Source: Candidatus Doudnabacteria bacterium (GTDB lineage Bacteria; Patescibacteriota; Doudnabacteria; UBA920). Taken from it: a stretch of 64,000 bases of DNA. This document shows positions 1 to 8,567 of this stretch, piece by piece (the first letter of the stretch is position 1; each line of letters begins with the position of its first letter). The DNA is taken from the NCBI GenBank assembly GCA_963768175.1, contig CAVYGQ010000001.1, positions 318,305 through 382,304 on the forward strand. Direction: 5' to 3'. Position numbers and translations under genes: made by a program. The notes beneath the pieces were generated by a model, which searched no databases, was not told where the DNA came from, and saw only the letters and a program-made list of their open reading frames with translations.

Positions 1-7
1 CCATCCC

Positions 8-541
8 ATGACCACCCACGACGTAAGGAGCGAACAGTATTATTTGGACATGATAAAGCTGCGGCCCAAAAATTTAGCCAACTACGATCTTTTGGGAAAA
101 TTCTATCTGGAGCAATCCAGCTTCACCGACGCCAAAGACATTTACGAATACCTGTGCAACCACGAACCCGGCAATCCGGAATTCCAGGCGCGGTTGGGTT
201 ATTGCTATTACCTGGACAAACAGTTTGCCAAAGCCGTCCAAGCTTATCAAAAATCCCTGGCTCTTGATTCCACCCAGCCAAACCGCTATTATAACCTGGG
301 CCTAAGCTTGGAGGGGGCGGGGAATTTGGCCGAATCGGCAAAGAGTTTTGAAACCGCCATTTCGCTGGAGCCGTCCGTAAAGTATTACGTCAGCCTAAGC
401 AACGTTTATTTAAAACTCAACAGCGGTTTAAAGGCCCGCGAAGTTTTAAAAAAGGCGCAAGCGCTTGACCCGCAAAATGAACTGGTAAAAGCCAAGCTGG
501 AAAAGCTGATGCTGCCGGTCATAGACGTCAATATGAAATAA
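8..541 (+). CDS. Tetratricopeptide repeat protein, probably 5'-truncated by the window edge
   Basis: Repeated TPR-like helices (LGYCYY..KQFAKAVQAYQKSLALD, YYNLGLSL, AQALDP). Confidence 0.8.
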   Translation: MTTHDVRSEQYYLDMIKLRPKNLANYDLLGKFYLEQSSFTDAKDIYEYLCNHEPGNPEFQARLGYCYYLDKQFAKAVQAYQKSLALDSTQPNRYYNLGLSLEGAGNLAESAKSFETAISLEPSVKYYVSLSNVYLKLNSGLKAREVLKKAQALDPQNELVKAKLEKLMLPVIDVNMK

Positions 542-589
542 TAGATTCTATCGTAAAAAAATCAGAATAAAAAAATTCCATTTCCTTGT

Positions 590-637
590 GCCCAAGTAGC
601 TTCCGCCTTCGTCTGACTCCGGCGGACAAGCAGTTGG
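590..637 (+). pseudogene. 5' fragment of a tRNA (GCCCAAG TA GCT|C AGTTGG) interrupted by a 29-bp palindromic insert
   Basis: Removing 602-630 gives GCCCAAGTAGCTCAGTTGG, a typical acceptor plus D-arm start; no 3' half found. Confidence 0.6.
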
Positions 638-682
638 CTCCGCACCAAAATAAAAAAATTCCAAAAAATCCAATTATCCAGT

Positions 683-758
683 GCCGACGTAGCTCAGTTG
701 GTAGAGCAATTCCATGGTAAGGAATAGGTCATCGGTTCAATTCCGATCGTCGGCTCCA
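683..758 (+). tRNA. tRNA-Thr(GGT)
   Basis: Cloverleaf: GCCGACG/CGTCGGC, GCTC/GAGC, ATTCC-ATGGTAA-GGAAT, ATCGG-TTCAATT-CCGAT, encoded CCA. Confidence 0.97.
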
Positions 759-1022
759 CTTCTTCGCCAAGGCTACGAAGAACGAGTAGAAGCTTGCGCT
801 GCACGTTGTCAAAGAAGTGACGATAAATTACATCGCAAAGAGGTGTCCTACGTAGGTTTATGCGTAGTAGGACAAAAAATTAAATCCCAGATTAATCTGG
901 GATTTTTATTTTAGCTTAAAAAATGCTAAAATAAGCCTAAGCGGGAATCTAGATTCCGGATATTTTTTGACTACCGATGATAATCTCTTTTTTAGTCAAA
1001 AATTCCGGAATGACATAAATTT

Positions 1023-1793
1023 ATGCAAAAGAAAAATACTTCCTGGGGCAAAGTTGCCGGCTGGTATAACCGGATGCTGGAAGAAGAGGAAGACACTTAC
1101 CAGGAAAAGCTGATAAAACCGAATTTAACAAGAATACTTTCGCCTAAGCCGGGCGAGGAAATTTTAGACGTCGGCTGCGGACAGGGCTTTTTTGCGCGCG
1201 AACTGGCCAAAAGCTCCGGCGCAAAAGTCGTGGGAATAGATATAGCAGGGGAGCTTATTCGGCTTGCCAAAGAGCAATCGGGAAAAAACGAAACTTACTT
1301 GACGCTCTCGGCGGAAAAGATGGCCGGATTAAATAATGCGCGATTTGACGCCGCCATTTGCATACTCGCCCTGCAAAACATAAAAAATTTACAGGCTGCA
1401 ATTTCCGAAATCTCGCGCGTGCTAAAGCCGGGCGGCAGATGCGTTTTGGTGTTAAATCACCCCGCTTTCCGCATCCCCACCGCTTCCTCTTGGTCTTACG
1501 ATGAAAAGACAAACATCCAATATCGCAATATCTACAAATATCTTTCCGAAATTTCCCAGCAAGTAGACATGACGCAAGGGGAAACCTCCCAAAAAAAGAA
1601 AAAGTTTACCATGTCTTTCCATCATCCGTTGCAGGTTTACTTTAAAGCTTTTGCCAAAGCAGGGCTCAATGTCGTGCGTCTGGAAGAGTGGGTTTCGTAC
1701 AAAACCTCAGATACCGGTCCGCGCAAACAGGCGGAAGATTTGGCCCGCAAAGAAATCCCGCTGTTTATGTGTTTGGAATTAAAAAAAATATGA
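1023..1793 (+). CDS. Class I SAM-dependent methyltransferase
   Basis: ILDVGCGQG motif I, GIDI motif II, SRVLKPGG. Confidence 0.9.
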   Translation: MQKKNTSWGKVAGWYNRMLEEEEDTYQEKLIKPNLTRILSPKPGEEILDVGCGQGFFARELAKSSGAKVVGIDIAGELIRLAKEQSGKNETYLTLSAEKMAGLNNARFDAAICILALQNIKNLQAAISEISRVLKPGGRCVLVLNHPAFRIPTASSWSYDEKTNIQYRNIYKYLSEISQQVDMTQGETSQKKKKFTMSFHHPLQVYFKAFAKAGLNVVRLEEWVSYKTSDTGPRKQAEDLARKEIPLFMCLELKKI

Positions 1794-2020
1794 ACGAATT
1801 TCCACCCTTAAAGGGCCAGCTTGAAGCGCAGTTGGTTTTAGTCGATAGGGATTTGGCAGGAGTTGAGAAGATAATTAAAGAAAAGGTTTTACAGCTCGGC
1901 AGGGAAAATGACGAAAATGTCAAAAAGCTGATTGCCCTGGAGCTTCTTGAGCACCGCGCCGAAAAGGCACAGCTTTTGGAGGAACAAAAAACACTAAAAA
2001 ATCAAATTAACAACTCATAA
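1790..2020 (+). CDS. Small coiled-coil hypothetical protein
   Basis: ATG overlaps the upstream stop (ATGA); heptad-rich sequence. Confidence 0.6.
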   Translation: MNEFPPLKGQLEAQLVLVDRDLAGVEKIIKEKVLQLGRENDENVKKLIALELLEHRAEKAQLLEEQKTLKNQINNS

Positions 2021-2034
2021 TTAATCCAAAAATT

Positions 2035-2301
2035 ATGGGAACCTACAAAAATTGCCAGAGCTGCGGCATGCCCATGAAAAAAGATCCCCAGGGCGGGGGA
2101 GCAGAGGCAGACGGCAGCAAGAGCGCGATGTATTGCAGTTACTGTTATGCCAACGGCGCGTTTACCGCGCCCAACTGGACCGCGGAGCAAATGCAGGCCT
2201 TTTGCAAATCCAAGCTACAGGAAATGGGCTTTCCCGGTTTTTTGGCCGGCTTTATGACCAAAGGGGTGCCAAAGCTGGAAAGATGGCAGAAGCGGGTTTA
2301 A
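2035..2301 (+). CDS. Zinc ribbon protein (CQSCGMP family)
   Basis: CQSCGMPM ... YCSYCY..G.F ... PKLERW. Confidence 0.9.
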   Translation: MGTYKNCQSCGMPMKKDPQGGGAEADGSKSAMYCSYCYANGAFTAPNWTAEQMQAFCKSKLQEMGFPGFLAGFMTKGVPKLERWQKRV

Positions 2302-2381
2302 TTTTAACGCAATAAAAAAATCACGGCCGGCGCGAAGCGTGCATGCACGCAACGCGCCGGCCTTTGCCGTGGGCATCAAGG

Positions 2382-2744
2382 TCAAACAGGGCTAACCCGC
2401 AAAGCAAAACGGCGAACAGCCCTAAACACCAGGGCAGACAAAGTCAGCTCTCCCCAAAAGAGGTAAAAATAGCGGCGCACCACTACCTTATACCAGTACG
2501 GGGAGATTAATTCTGTATAGCATCTGCCCGGGTGCGGCACCCCGTAACGAAACCACCAAAACTTGTAGGTTGCCCAGACCGCCAGGCAGTACGCAATGCC
2601 AAACGCGAGCGCGCCGGCATAGCGAACAGCCCAGGAAACGGGAATCCACGGGCAGGCCGTTGCCAAGCCGGCAACAGCACCAAGGACGAGCGCCAACGCG
2701 CTCACCCCGGGATTTATGATGCCGAACTTTTTGACGACCAACAT
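2382..2744 (-). CDS. Small membrane protein, paralog of 2879-3226
   Basis: About 3 hydrophobic segments; AAGGAGG SD; TTGACA-18-GATAAT promoter at 2800-2771. Confidence 0.7.
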   Translation of the reverse strand: MLVVKKFGIINPGVSALALVLGAVAGLATACPWIPVSWAVRYAGALAFGIAYCLAVWATYKFWWFRYGVPHPGRCYTELISPYWYKVVVRRYFYLFWGELTLSALVFRAVRRFALRVSPV

Positions 2745-2878
2745 AACAGGCCCTCCTTTGCCTTAACTTAATTATCATCCTTAAAAAAGCCCTTTGTCAA
2801 TCATTTTTAAGATATAAAAAACAGGGCCGGGCGCGTACACACACAGTGTACGCGCCCGGCTTTTTGCGAGGGGCATCT

Positions 2879-3226
2879 TTACCCCCACAGTTTGCGCACA
2901 AACTCATAAAGCAGAATAGCGGCAAACGAGACCACGATGGCCAAGACGTAGTTGAACAAGTGGCTTATGGCCACTTTGCCAAAATTGTGCGACCACTCGG
3001 CCATTTGATCCGGCCACTGCGCTGACTCCCACGGAAAGAAAAACCGGTAGCCCGTGTAGATTACCACCGTGGCCAGTATGCCAACGACCATGGCCATCAG
3101 CAGCAGCCCCACCGGGGACACCTTGGCAATAACCAGCATGGCCGCAAGGTAGCCGAACAACAGCCCGACCGCAACCATTAGCCAGCGGACCACACGGTCC
3201 GCAAAACGGAACGCCTTGTAACTCAT
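2879..3226 (-). CDS. Small membrane protein, paralog of 2382-2744
   Basis: About 3 hydrophobic segments; AAGGAGG SD; TTGACA-18-GATAAT promoter at 3283-3254. Confidence 0.75.
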   Translation of the reverse strand: MSYKAFRFADRVVRWLMVAVGLLFGYLAAMLVIAKVSPVGLLLMAMVVGILATVVIYTGYRFFFPWESAQWPDQMAEWSHNFGKVAISHLFNYVLAIVVSFAAILLYEFVRKLWG

Positions 3227-3324
3227 GTCCTATTCCTCCTTAGCCTGAAATTCATTATCGCCCCAAAAAAGGCGCTTTGTCAACCAGCCAAAAAAAGTGT
3301 AAAATAAAACCAGAAAATCTTTTT

Positions 3325-3846
3325 ATGCTATTAAAACAAAACAATTACGCTTTCATAGACAGCCAAAATTTAAACCTTGCCATCAGGGAACAAGGATGGT
3401 CTCTGGACTTTGCCCGTTTTCGGGTTTACTTAAAAGAAAAATACAGGGTTAGCAAAGCGTTTTTATTCATTGGTTTTGTGGAAGGCAATAATAGCTTATA
3501 TAAATCTCTTCAGGAAGCGGGTTTTGTTTGCATATTTAAACCAACCCTTAAGTACCAAGACGGTACCACTAAAGGCAACTGCGACGCGGAACTGGTTTTA
3601 CAAGCAATGGTTGAATATCAAAACTACGACAAGGCCGTAATTGTTACGGGAGACGGCGATTTCCACTGTCTGGCTAAGTACCTGCTAGAACAGGGAAAAT
3701 TGCAGGTGATATTAATTCCTAACCGTTTCAAATTTTCCGCACTTCTTAAATTTAAAATATTTAGACCGTATTTAAGATTTATGAACGATTTACAAAGCTT
3801 ATTGGCCTATAAAAAGAAAAGGCCCCATAAGGACGAAACCTCATAG
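3325..3846 (+). CDS. NYN (LabA/DUF88, PIN-like) domain nuclease
   Basis: AFIDSQNL, KGNCDAEL, IVTGDGDF acidic motifs; start taken at ATG 3325. Confidence 0.92.
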   Translation: MLLKQNNYAFIDSQNLNLAIREQGWSLDFARFRVYLKEKYRVSKAFLFIGFVEGNNSLYKSLQEAGFVCIFKPTLKYQDGTTKGNCDAELVLQAMVEYQNYDKAVIVTGDGDFHCLAKYLLEQGKLQVILIPNRFKFSALLKFKIFRPYLRFMNDLQSLLAYKKKRPHKDETS

Positions 3847-3870
3847 GGTGAACTTTTCCGTTGGTGATAT
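3810..3870 (-). ncRNA. Candidate small antisense RNA overlapping the 3' end of the NYN gene
   Basis: Minus-strand TTGACA-16-TATAAT (3902-3875), hairpin 3858-3816, then a U-tract. Confidence 0.55.
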
Positions 3871-3967
3871 TAATATTATATCAAATTAAGAGTGTTTGTC
3901 AACCCGTAAAATTGGGTGTAAAATAGCCTTAATAAGGCATTTTAATTAGTCAGTAAATCGTATTTTT

Positions 3968-4480
3968 ATGCCGGAAACAACTCCCGAACAAGAAGCTTAC
4001 GATAAATATGTAGTACAAGTCGGTAACACTCCCGTAGACCCAAAAGTGGCTAAACGGGAACAGGATGTTTTAGCCAATGCGCAAAGCAGGGGCTATGAAC
4101 CCTTTAGCCACGAAGACCCAACCAGAGATGATTATATAAACGGCTTACCGGAAGGCGAGTTTTATAAAACCGATATGACGGAACCGGAATTGGAACTGGC
4201 CATAAAGGACTTAACCGAAGCTAGGGAAACCCTAACTAAGTTTTTGGAACATTCAACCGCCCCCGAAGTTAAATATCCAAAAGAGACTACGTTATTTGAA
4301 TTTGAGGAAAACATAGAAAAATTTCCGCCTAATATTGCCAAAGCCTTTAGCGACGTAGTAAAGTATTTGGATCCCGAAAGCAATATGGCTCTGTTTGATT
4401 TGCCGGTTTTTATCAAAGAAAATTTGACAAGATACCAAATAATTTTGGAACATAACAAAAAAAAGCAATTAAATAAATAG
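3968..4480 (+). CDS. Hypothetical acidic protein
   Basis: 170-aa ORF with host-like codon use. Confidence 0.65.
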   Translation: MPETTPEQEAYDKYVVQVGNTPVDPKVAKREQDVLANAQSRGYEPFSHEDPTRDDYINGLPEGEFYKTDMTEPELELAIKDLTEARETLTKFLEHSTAPEVKYPKETTLFEFEENIEKFPPNIAKAFSDVVKYLDPESNMALFDLPVFIKENLTRYQIILEHNKKKQLNK

Positions 4481-4502
4481 AAATTATTTTTATAATTATA
4501 AT

Positions 4503-4763
4503 ATGGATCAAGAACATTCCCCCGAAAAAGAAAGACAAATGGAGCTGGAAAGTTTAAGGAGTTTGTTGGTTTTATGGAGCCAGCTGGTTGAGGAGGTAAC
4601 AGATTACGGAACCCCGGAGACAATAGGGCGGATGGAAAACATTGCGCAGGAAGTGGAAGAAGAACTTAAGAGGATGCAGGTATCAAAGAGGGAGATTGAG
4701 GCTGACCCGGATTTGGCTGAATTAATGGGGGAGTACAAGGCATATAATGAGGGCCAGGAATAA
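4503..4763 (+). CDS. Hypothetical acidic helical protein
   Basis: 86-aa ORF in an operon-like run. Confidence 0.6.
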   Translation: MDQEHSPEKERQMELESLRSLLVLWSQLVEEVTDYGTPETIGRMENIAQEVEEELKRMQVSKREIEADPDLAELMGEYKAYNEGQE

Positions 4764-4783
4764 AGTTTGAAATTAAAACCAAA

Positions 4784-5446
4784 ATGCCAATCAAAAATAT
4801 ACATAAAATAGAACAGCCACGCGAAAAGTTAGAAAAGTACGGACCAGGCAGACTTTCCGATGCCGAACTTTTTGCGATTTTACTGCGTACTGGGCCAAAG
4901 GGGACCGGGGTTTTAGAATTATCTAAAAAGATTTTAAAACAATTTCCGGACAGCAAACTGGCTAATGCGAGTTTCAATGAACTAAAAGATATCCACGGGA
5001 TTGGCCCTGCCAAGGCCTGCGAAATTGTAGCGTGCTTCGAATTAGGTCGCCGAATATTGAAAGACAAAAAATCCATCTTAATTTTATCGCCGCGAGAAGT
5101 ATGGGAGCAGTGTAAAGATATCCGCGACAGCAAAAAAGAACATTTTGTTGTATTTTTTCTGGACACGCAAAATCAGGAAATTAAGCGCGAACTAATATCC
5201 ATCGGCACCCTAAACGCCAGCCTCATTCACCCGCGAGAAGTATTTGAGCCCGCGATTAAACATCTGGCATCCCATATAATTCTCGCCCACAACCACCCCA
5301 GCGGCAGCTTGGAGCCGTCCCAAGAAGACCTCACCGTCACCAAACGCCTAACCGACTCCGGCCGGCTCTTGGGCATAGAAGTACTTGACCACGTAATTGT
5401 CACCGGCAGGGGACACGCTAGTTTAAAAGAAAAGAACCTTCTCTAA
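4784..5446 (+). CDS. radC: RadC family (JAB/MPN) protein
   Basis: PREKL, LSDAEL, HPREVF, HNHPSG..EPSQED, LDHVI. Confidence 0.96.
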   Translation: MPIKNIHKIEQPREKLEKYGPGRLSDAELFAILLRTGPKGTGVLELSKKILKQFPDSKLANASFNELKDIHGIGPAKACEIVACFELGRRILKDKKSILILSPREVWEQCKDIRDSKKEHFVVFFLDTQNQEIKRELISIGTLNASLIHPREVFEPAIKHLASHIILAHNHPSGSLEPSQEDLTVTKRLTDSGRLLGIEVLDHVIVTGRGHASLKEKNLL

Positions 5447-5447
5447 T

Positions 5448-5471
5448 GTCATTCCCGCAGAAGCGGGAATC
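5448..5471. repeat. ATTCCC-N8-GGGAAT palindrome (dRS3-like); second copy at 40254-40277
   Basis: gtcattcccgcagaagcgggaatc vs gtcattcccgcgaaagcgggaatc. Confidence 0.8.
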
Positions 5472-5488
5472 TTGTCAAAGTTATCCAC

Positions 5489-5525
5489 TTGACAGATGTG
5501 TACATGTACGTTATTATGTACATAA
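5489..5525 (+). promoter_or_regulatory. TA operon promoter with TGTACA operator palindromes
   Basis: TTGACA-17-TATTAT overlapped by atgtgtacat and ttatgtacataa; AAGGAG SD downstream. Confidence 0.7.
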
Positions 5526-5538
5526 GGAGAATAAACAT

Positions 5539-5910
5539 ATGAACGGTAAAACAACTTTATCTATTACGGACGCGAGAAAGAAGATTTTTGATATTGCGGA
5601 AGATGTCCAGCGGCCGGGTAAATATTATACTTTAACCGAACAGGGGAAGCCCAAAGCCGTTGTTATATCCGCGGATGAGTTTGAAAGTTGGCAGGAAACT
5701 CTGGAAATAATGGAACAATTTCCGGATTTGCCCAAAGATATTGCCCAAGTTGACAAAGACATAAAATCCGGGGCATATAAGAACTATATAACTTTGGAAG
5801 AGCTTTTAGCCAAAGAGGGTTATGTATTAAGCGAAAAAGCAAAGAATAAATATGCCGTATCAAATAAGGCTGGAAAAAAAGGCTCAAAAAGAGCTGGAAA
5901 AACTTCCTGA
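5539..5910 (+). CDS. Phd/YefM family antitoxin
   Basis: LSITDARKK, LTEQGKPKAVVIS.DEFESWQETLEI. Confidence 0.92.
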   Translation: MNGKTTLSITDARKKIFDIAEDVQRPGKYYTLTEQGKPKAVVISADEFESWQETLEIMEQFPDLPKDIAQVDKDIKSGAYKNYITLEELLAKEGYVLSEKAKNKYAVSNKAGKKGSKRAGKTS

Positions 5911-6106
5911 AATATTTAGGCTCAAAGTATTGGCAATTTTGCCGGAAATAGCGGTAAATCCTTTTTTAGGCAAAAAGCTAAAAGGGGAGCTTGCAGGCTC
6001 CTATTCATACCGCGCTTGGCCTTATAGGATTACTTATAAAATATTTAAGCAAGTTTTGGTTGTAGTAGTGGTAAAAGTTGAGCATAGGGGAAGTGCTTAC
6101 AAATAA
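5852..6106 (+). CDS. RelE/ParE family toxin
   Basis: AQKELEKL, NPFLGKKLKGEL, YRITY, V.HR..AY; overlaps the antitoxin gene. Confidence 0.92.
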   Translation: MPYQIRLEKKAQKELEKLPEIFRLKVLAILPEIAVNPFLGKKLKGELAGSYSYRAWPYRITYKIFKQVLVVVVVKVEHRGSAYK

Positions 6107-6200
6107 TAAAGCTTTAAACCAAGCCCCGTTTCCACGGGGTTTTGTTATAGCCAAAAGGTAAAAAAAGGTGTAAAATGGCCTTATAAAAGGCTTTTTTAAT

Positions 6201-8564
6201 ATGTCAAAGAGAGACTTATCAGAACAAGATATCTGTTCCAAGTTTATCCTTCCCGCAGTAACGTCTGCGGGTTGGGATTTGCAAACCCAAATCCGAGAAC
6301 AATATTCGTTTACGGCAGGTCGTATTATTGTGCGAGGAAAAACTATAGCCAGAGGCAAAAGAAAGCGTGTAGATTTTCTTCTTTATTACAAATCAAATTT
6401 TCCAATTGCCGTTATAGAAGCAAAAGAAAATAATTATTCCGTGGGTGCGGGTATACAACAGGCTTTGGGATATGCGGAATCGCTCGATGTACCTTTTGTT
6501 TATAGTTCCAATGGTGATGGATTTTTGGAACACGACAGATTATCAACCAGTGGTCCAAAAGAACAAGAAATTTCTCTGAATAGTTTCCCTTCCCCCAACG
6601 AGCTTTATAAAAGACTAAAGGATTCAAATAAATTATCCCCACAGGCCGAAACTATATTACAGCAAGATTATTTTCAGGAGTTAGGCGGCAAAGAGCCTCG
6701 TTATTTCCAACAGGTTGCTATCAACCGCGCAGTTAAAGCCATTGTTAACGGCCAAAAACGTCTTTTGCTTGTGATGGCAACGGGTACGGGTAAAACTTAT
6801 ACCGCATTTCAAATAATTTGGAGACTGTGGAAGTCTAAATTCAAAAAACGCATTCTTTTTTTGGTTGACAGAAATATTCTTGCGGACCAAGCCATTATGA
6901 ATGATTTTAAACATTTTGGCGATAAAATGGTTAAAATCCAGGATCGTGCAGTAGATAAATCCTATGAAATTTACCTCGCTCTTTACCAGGGCATAACCGG
7001 CAAGGAAGAAGAAAAAAATATTTTTAAACAATTTTCACCAGATTTTTTTGACCTTATTATAGTAGACGAATGTCACCGGGGAAGCGCAAGAGAAAACGCG
7101 CTTTGGCATGATGTTTTGGATTACTATAAAAATGCCACTCAAATAGGATTAACCGCTACCCCAAAAGAAACCAAAGACATTTCCACGCAAACCTATTTCG
7201 GCGAGCCCATTTACACCTATTCTTTGCGCCAAGGCATAGATGACGGATTCCTTGCGCCATATAAAGTTGTTCGTGTAACAATAGACCGGGACGTAGAAGG
7301 CTACCGGCCAGAGCAAGGGAAAATTGACAAGCATGGCAACGAAGTCCCGGACAGAATTTATAACCTGAAAGATTTTGACCGCAACCTTGTTATCGACGAG
7401 CGTACCAAACTTGTTGCCCATAAAATAACAGAGTATTTAAAGGCAACTGACAGAATGCATAAAACCATTGTTTTTTGTGTTGATATAGACCACGCTGAAC
7501 GAATGCGTCAGGCTTTAGTTAACGAAAATCCAGACGAAGTAGCTAAAAATCGCAGGTATGTAGTTAGAATTACCGGCGAAAACCCGGAAGCCCCAATTGA
7601 ACTGGACCATTTTATAGATCCGGAAAGCCCATATCCGGTAATAGCAACCACCTCAAAACTTATGACTACAGGTGTAGACGCTCAAACCTGCAAAATTATT
7701 GCTTTGGACACAAATATACAATCCATGACAGAATTTAAGCAAATCATCGGCCGGGGAACACGCGTGCGGGAAGATTATGGAAAGCTTTTTTTTACGATTT
7801 TAGATTTTAGGGCGGCAACCGAACTTTTTGCTGACCCAAATTTTGACGGCGATCCCGTGGTAATTTACGAACCAAAAAAAGGCGAAAGCATTGTACCGCC
7901 AGAAGAAACGACGCCGGCTGAATTAAATAAAGAGCAGACTGAAGAAGCTGGAAATTTGGATTGGAATCCATTAACAGACGGCGGTCAAATTACGCAGGGA
8001 CCAGTTCAAAAATATTATGTCAATAGTGTTCCGGTTAAAGTTATTAACGAACGTGTACAATACATTGGTGGAGACGGAAAACTTATTACTGAATCATTAA
8101 CAGATTTTACCAAAAAAAGCATCTTGCAGGAATATCGTTCTTTAAATGAGTTTTTAACCGCCTGGTCCCACGCGGAGAAGAAAGAGGCTATAATTAAAGA
8201 ATTGGAAGATCATGGCGTGCTGTTTGAAGCTCTAAAGGAAGAATCGGGAAAAGATTTAGATCCATTTGACTTGGTTTGCCATATTGCTTTTGGTAAACCG
8301 CCGCTCACCCGAAAGGAACGCGCTGAAAATGTAAAAAAGCGTGATTATTTTACAAAATACGAGGGCAAGGCCAGGGAAATAATAGACGCGCTTTTAGAAA
8401 AGTATGCCGATCAGGGCATAACCGCGATTGATGACATTGGTGATTTGGGGGTTGAGCCTTTTTCGGAATTCGGAACGCCTTATGAAATTGTAAATGGTAT
8501 TTTTGGCGGGAGAACACAATATATTAAAGTTATTAATAAAATTCAGGAAGCATTATACGTATAA
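6201..8564 (+). CDS. hsdR: Type I restriction endonuclease subunit R (EcoAI/EcoEI-like)
   Basis: D..IEAK nuclease motif, MATGTGKT, DECHRG, LTATP, QIIGRGTR. Confidence 0.96.
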   Translation: MSKRDLSEQDICSKFILPAVTSAGWDLQTQIREQYSFTAGRIIVRGKTIARGKRKRVDFLLYYKSNFPIAVIEAKENNYSVGAGIQQALGYAESLDVPFVYSSNGDGFLEHDRLSTSGPKEQEISLNSFPSPNELYKRLKDSNKLSPQAETILQQDYFQELGGKEPRYFQQVAINRAVKAIVNGQKRLLLVMATGTGKTYTAFQIIWRLWKSKFKKRILFLVDRNILADQAIMNDFKHFGDKMVKIQDRAVDKSYEIYLALYQGITGKEEEKNIFKQFSPDFFDLIIVDECHRGSARENALWHDVLDYYKNATQIGLTATPKETKDISTQTYFGEPIYTYSLRQGIDDGFLAPYKVVRVTIDRDVEGYRPEQGKIDKHGNEVPDRIYNLKDFDRNLVIDERTKLVAHKITEYLKATDRMHKTIVFCVDIDHAERMRQALVNENPDEVAKNRRYVVRITGENPEAPIELDHFIDPESPYPVIATTSKLMTTGVDAQTCKIIALDTNIQSMTEFKQIIGRGTRVREDYGKLFFTILDFRAATELFADPNFDGDPVVIYEPKKGESIVPPEETTPAELNKEQTEEAGNLDWNPLTDGGQITQGPVQKYYVNSVPVKVINERVQYIGGDGKLITESLTDFTKKSILQEYRSLNEFLTAWSHAEKKEAIIKELEDHGVLFEALKEESGKDLDPFDLVCHIAFGKPPLTRKERAENVKKRDYFTKYEGKAREIIDALLEKYADQGITAIDDIGDLGVEPFSEFGTPYEIVNGIFGGRTQYIKVINKIQEALYV

Positions 8565-8567
8565 AAT

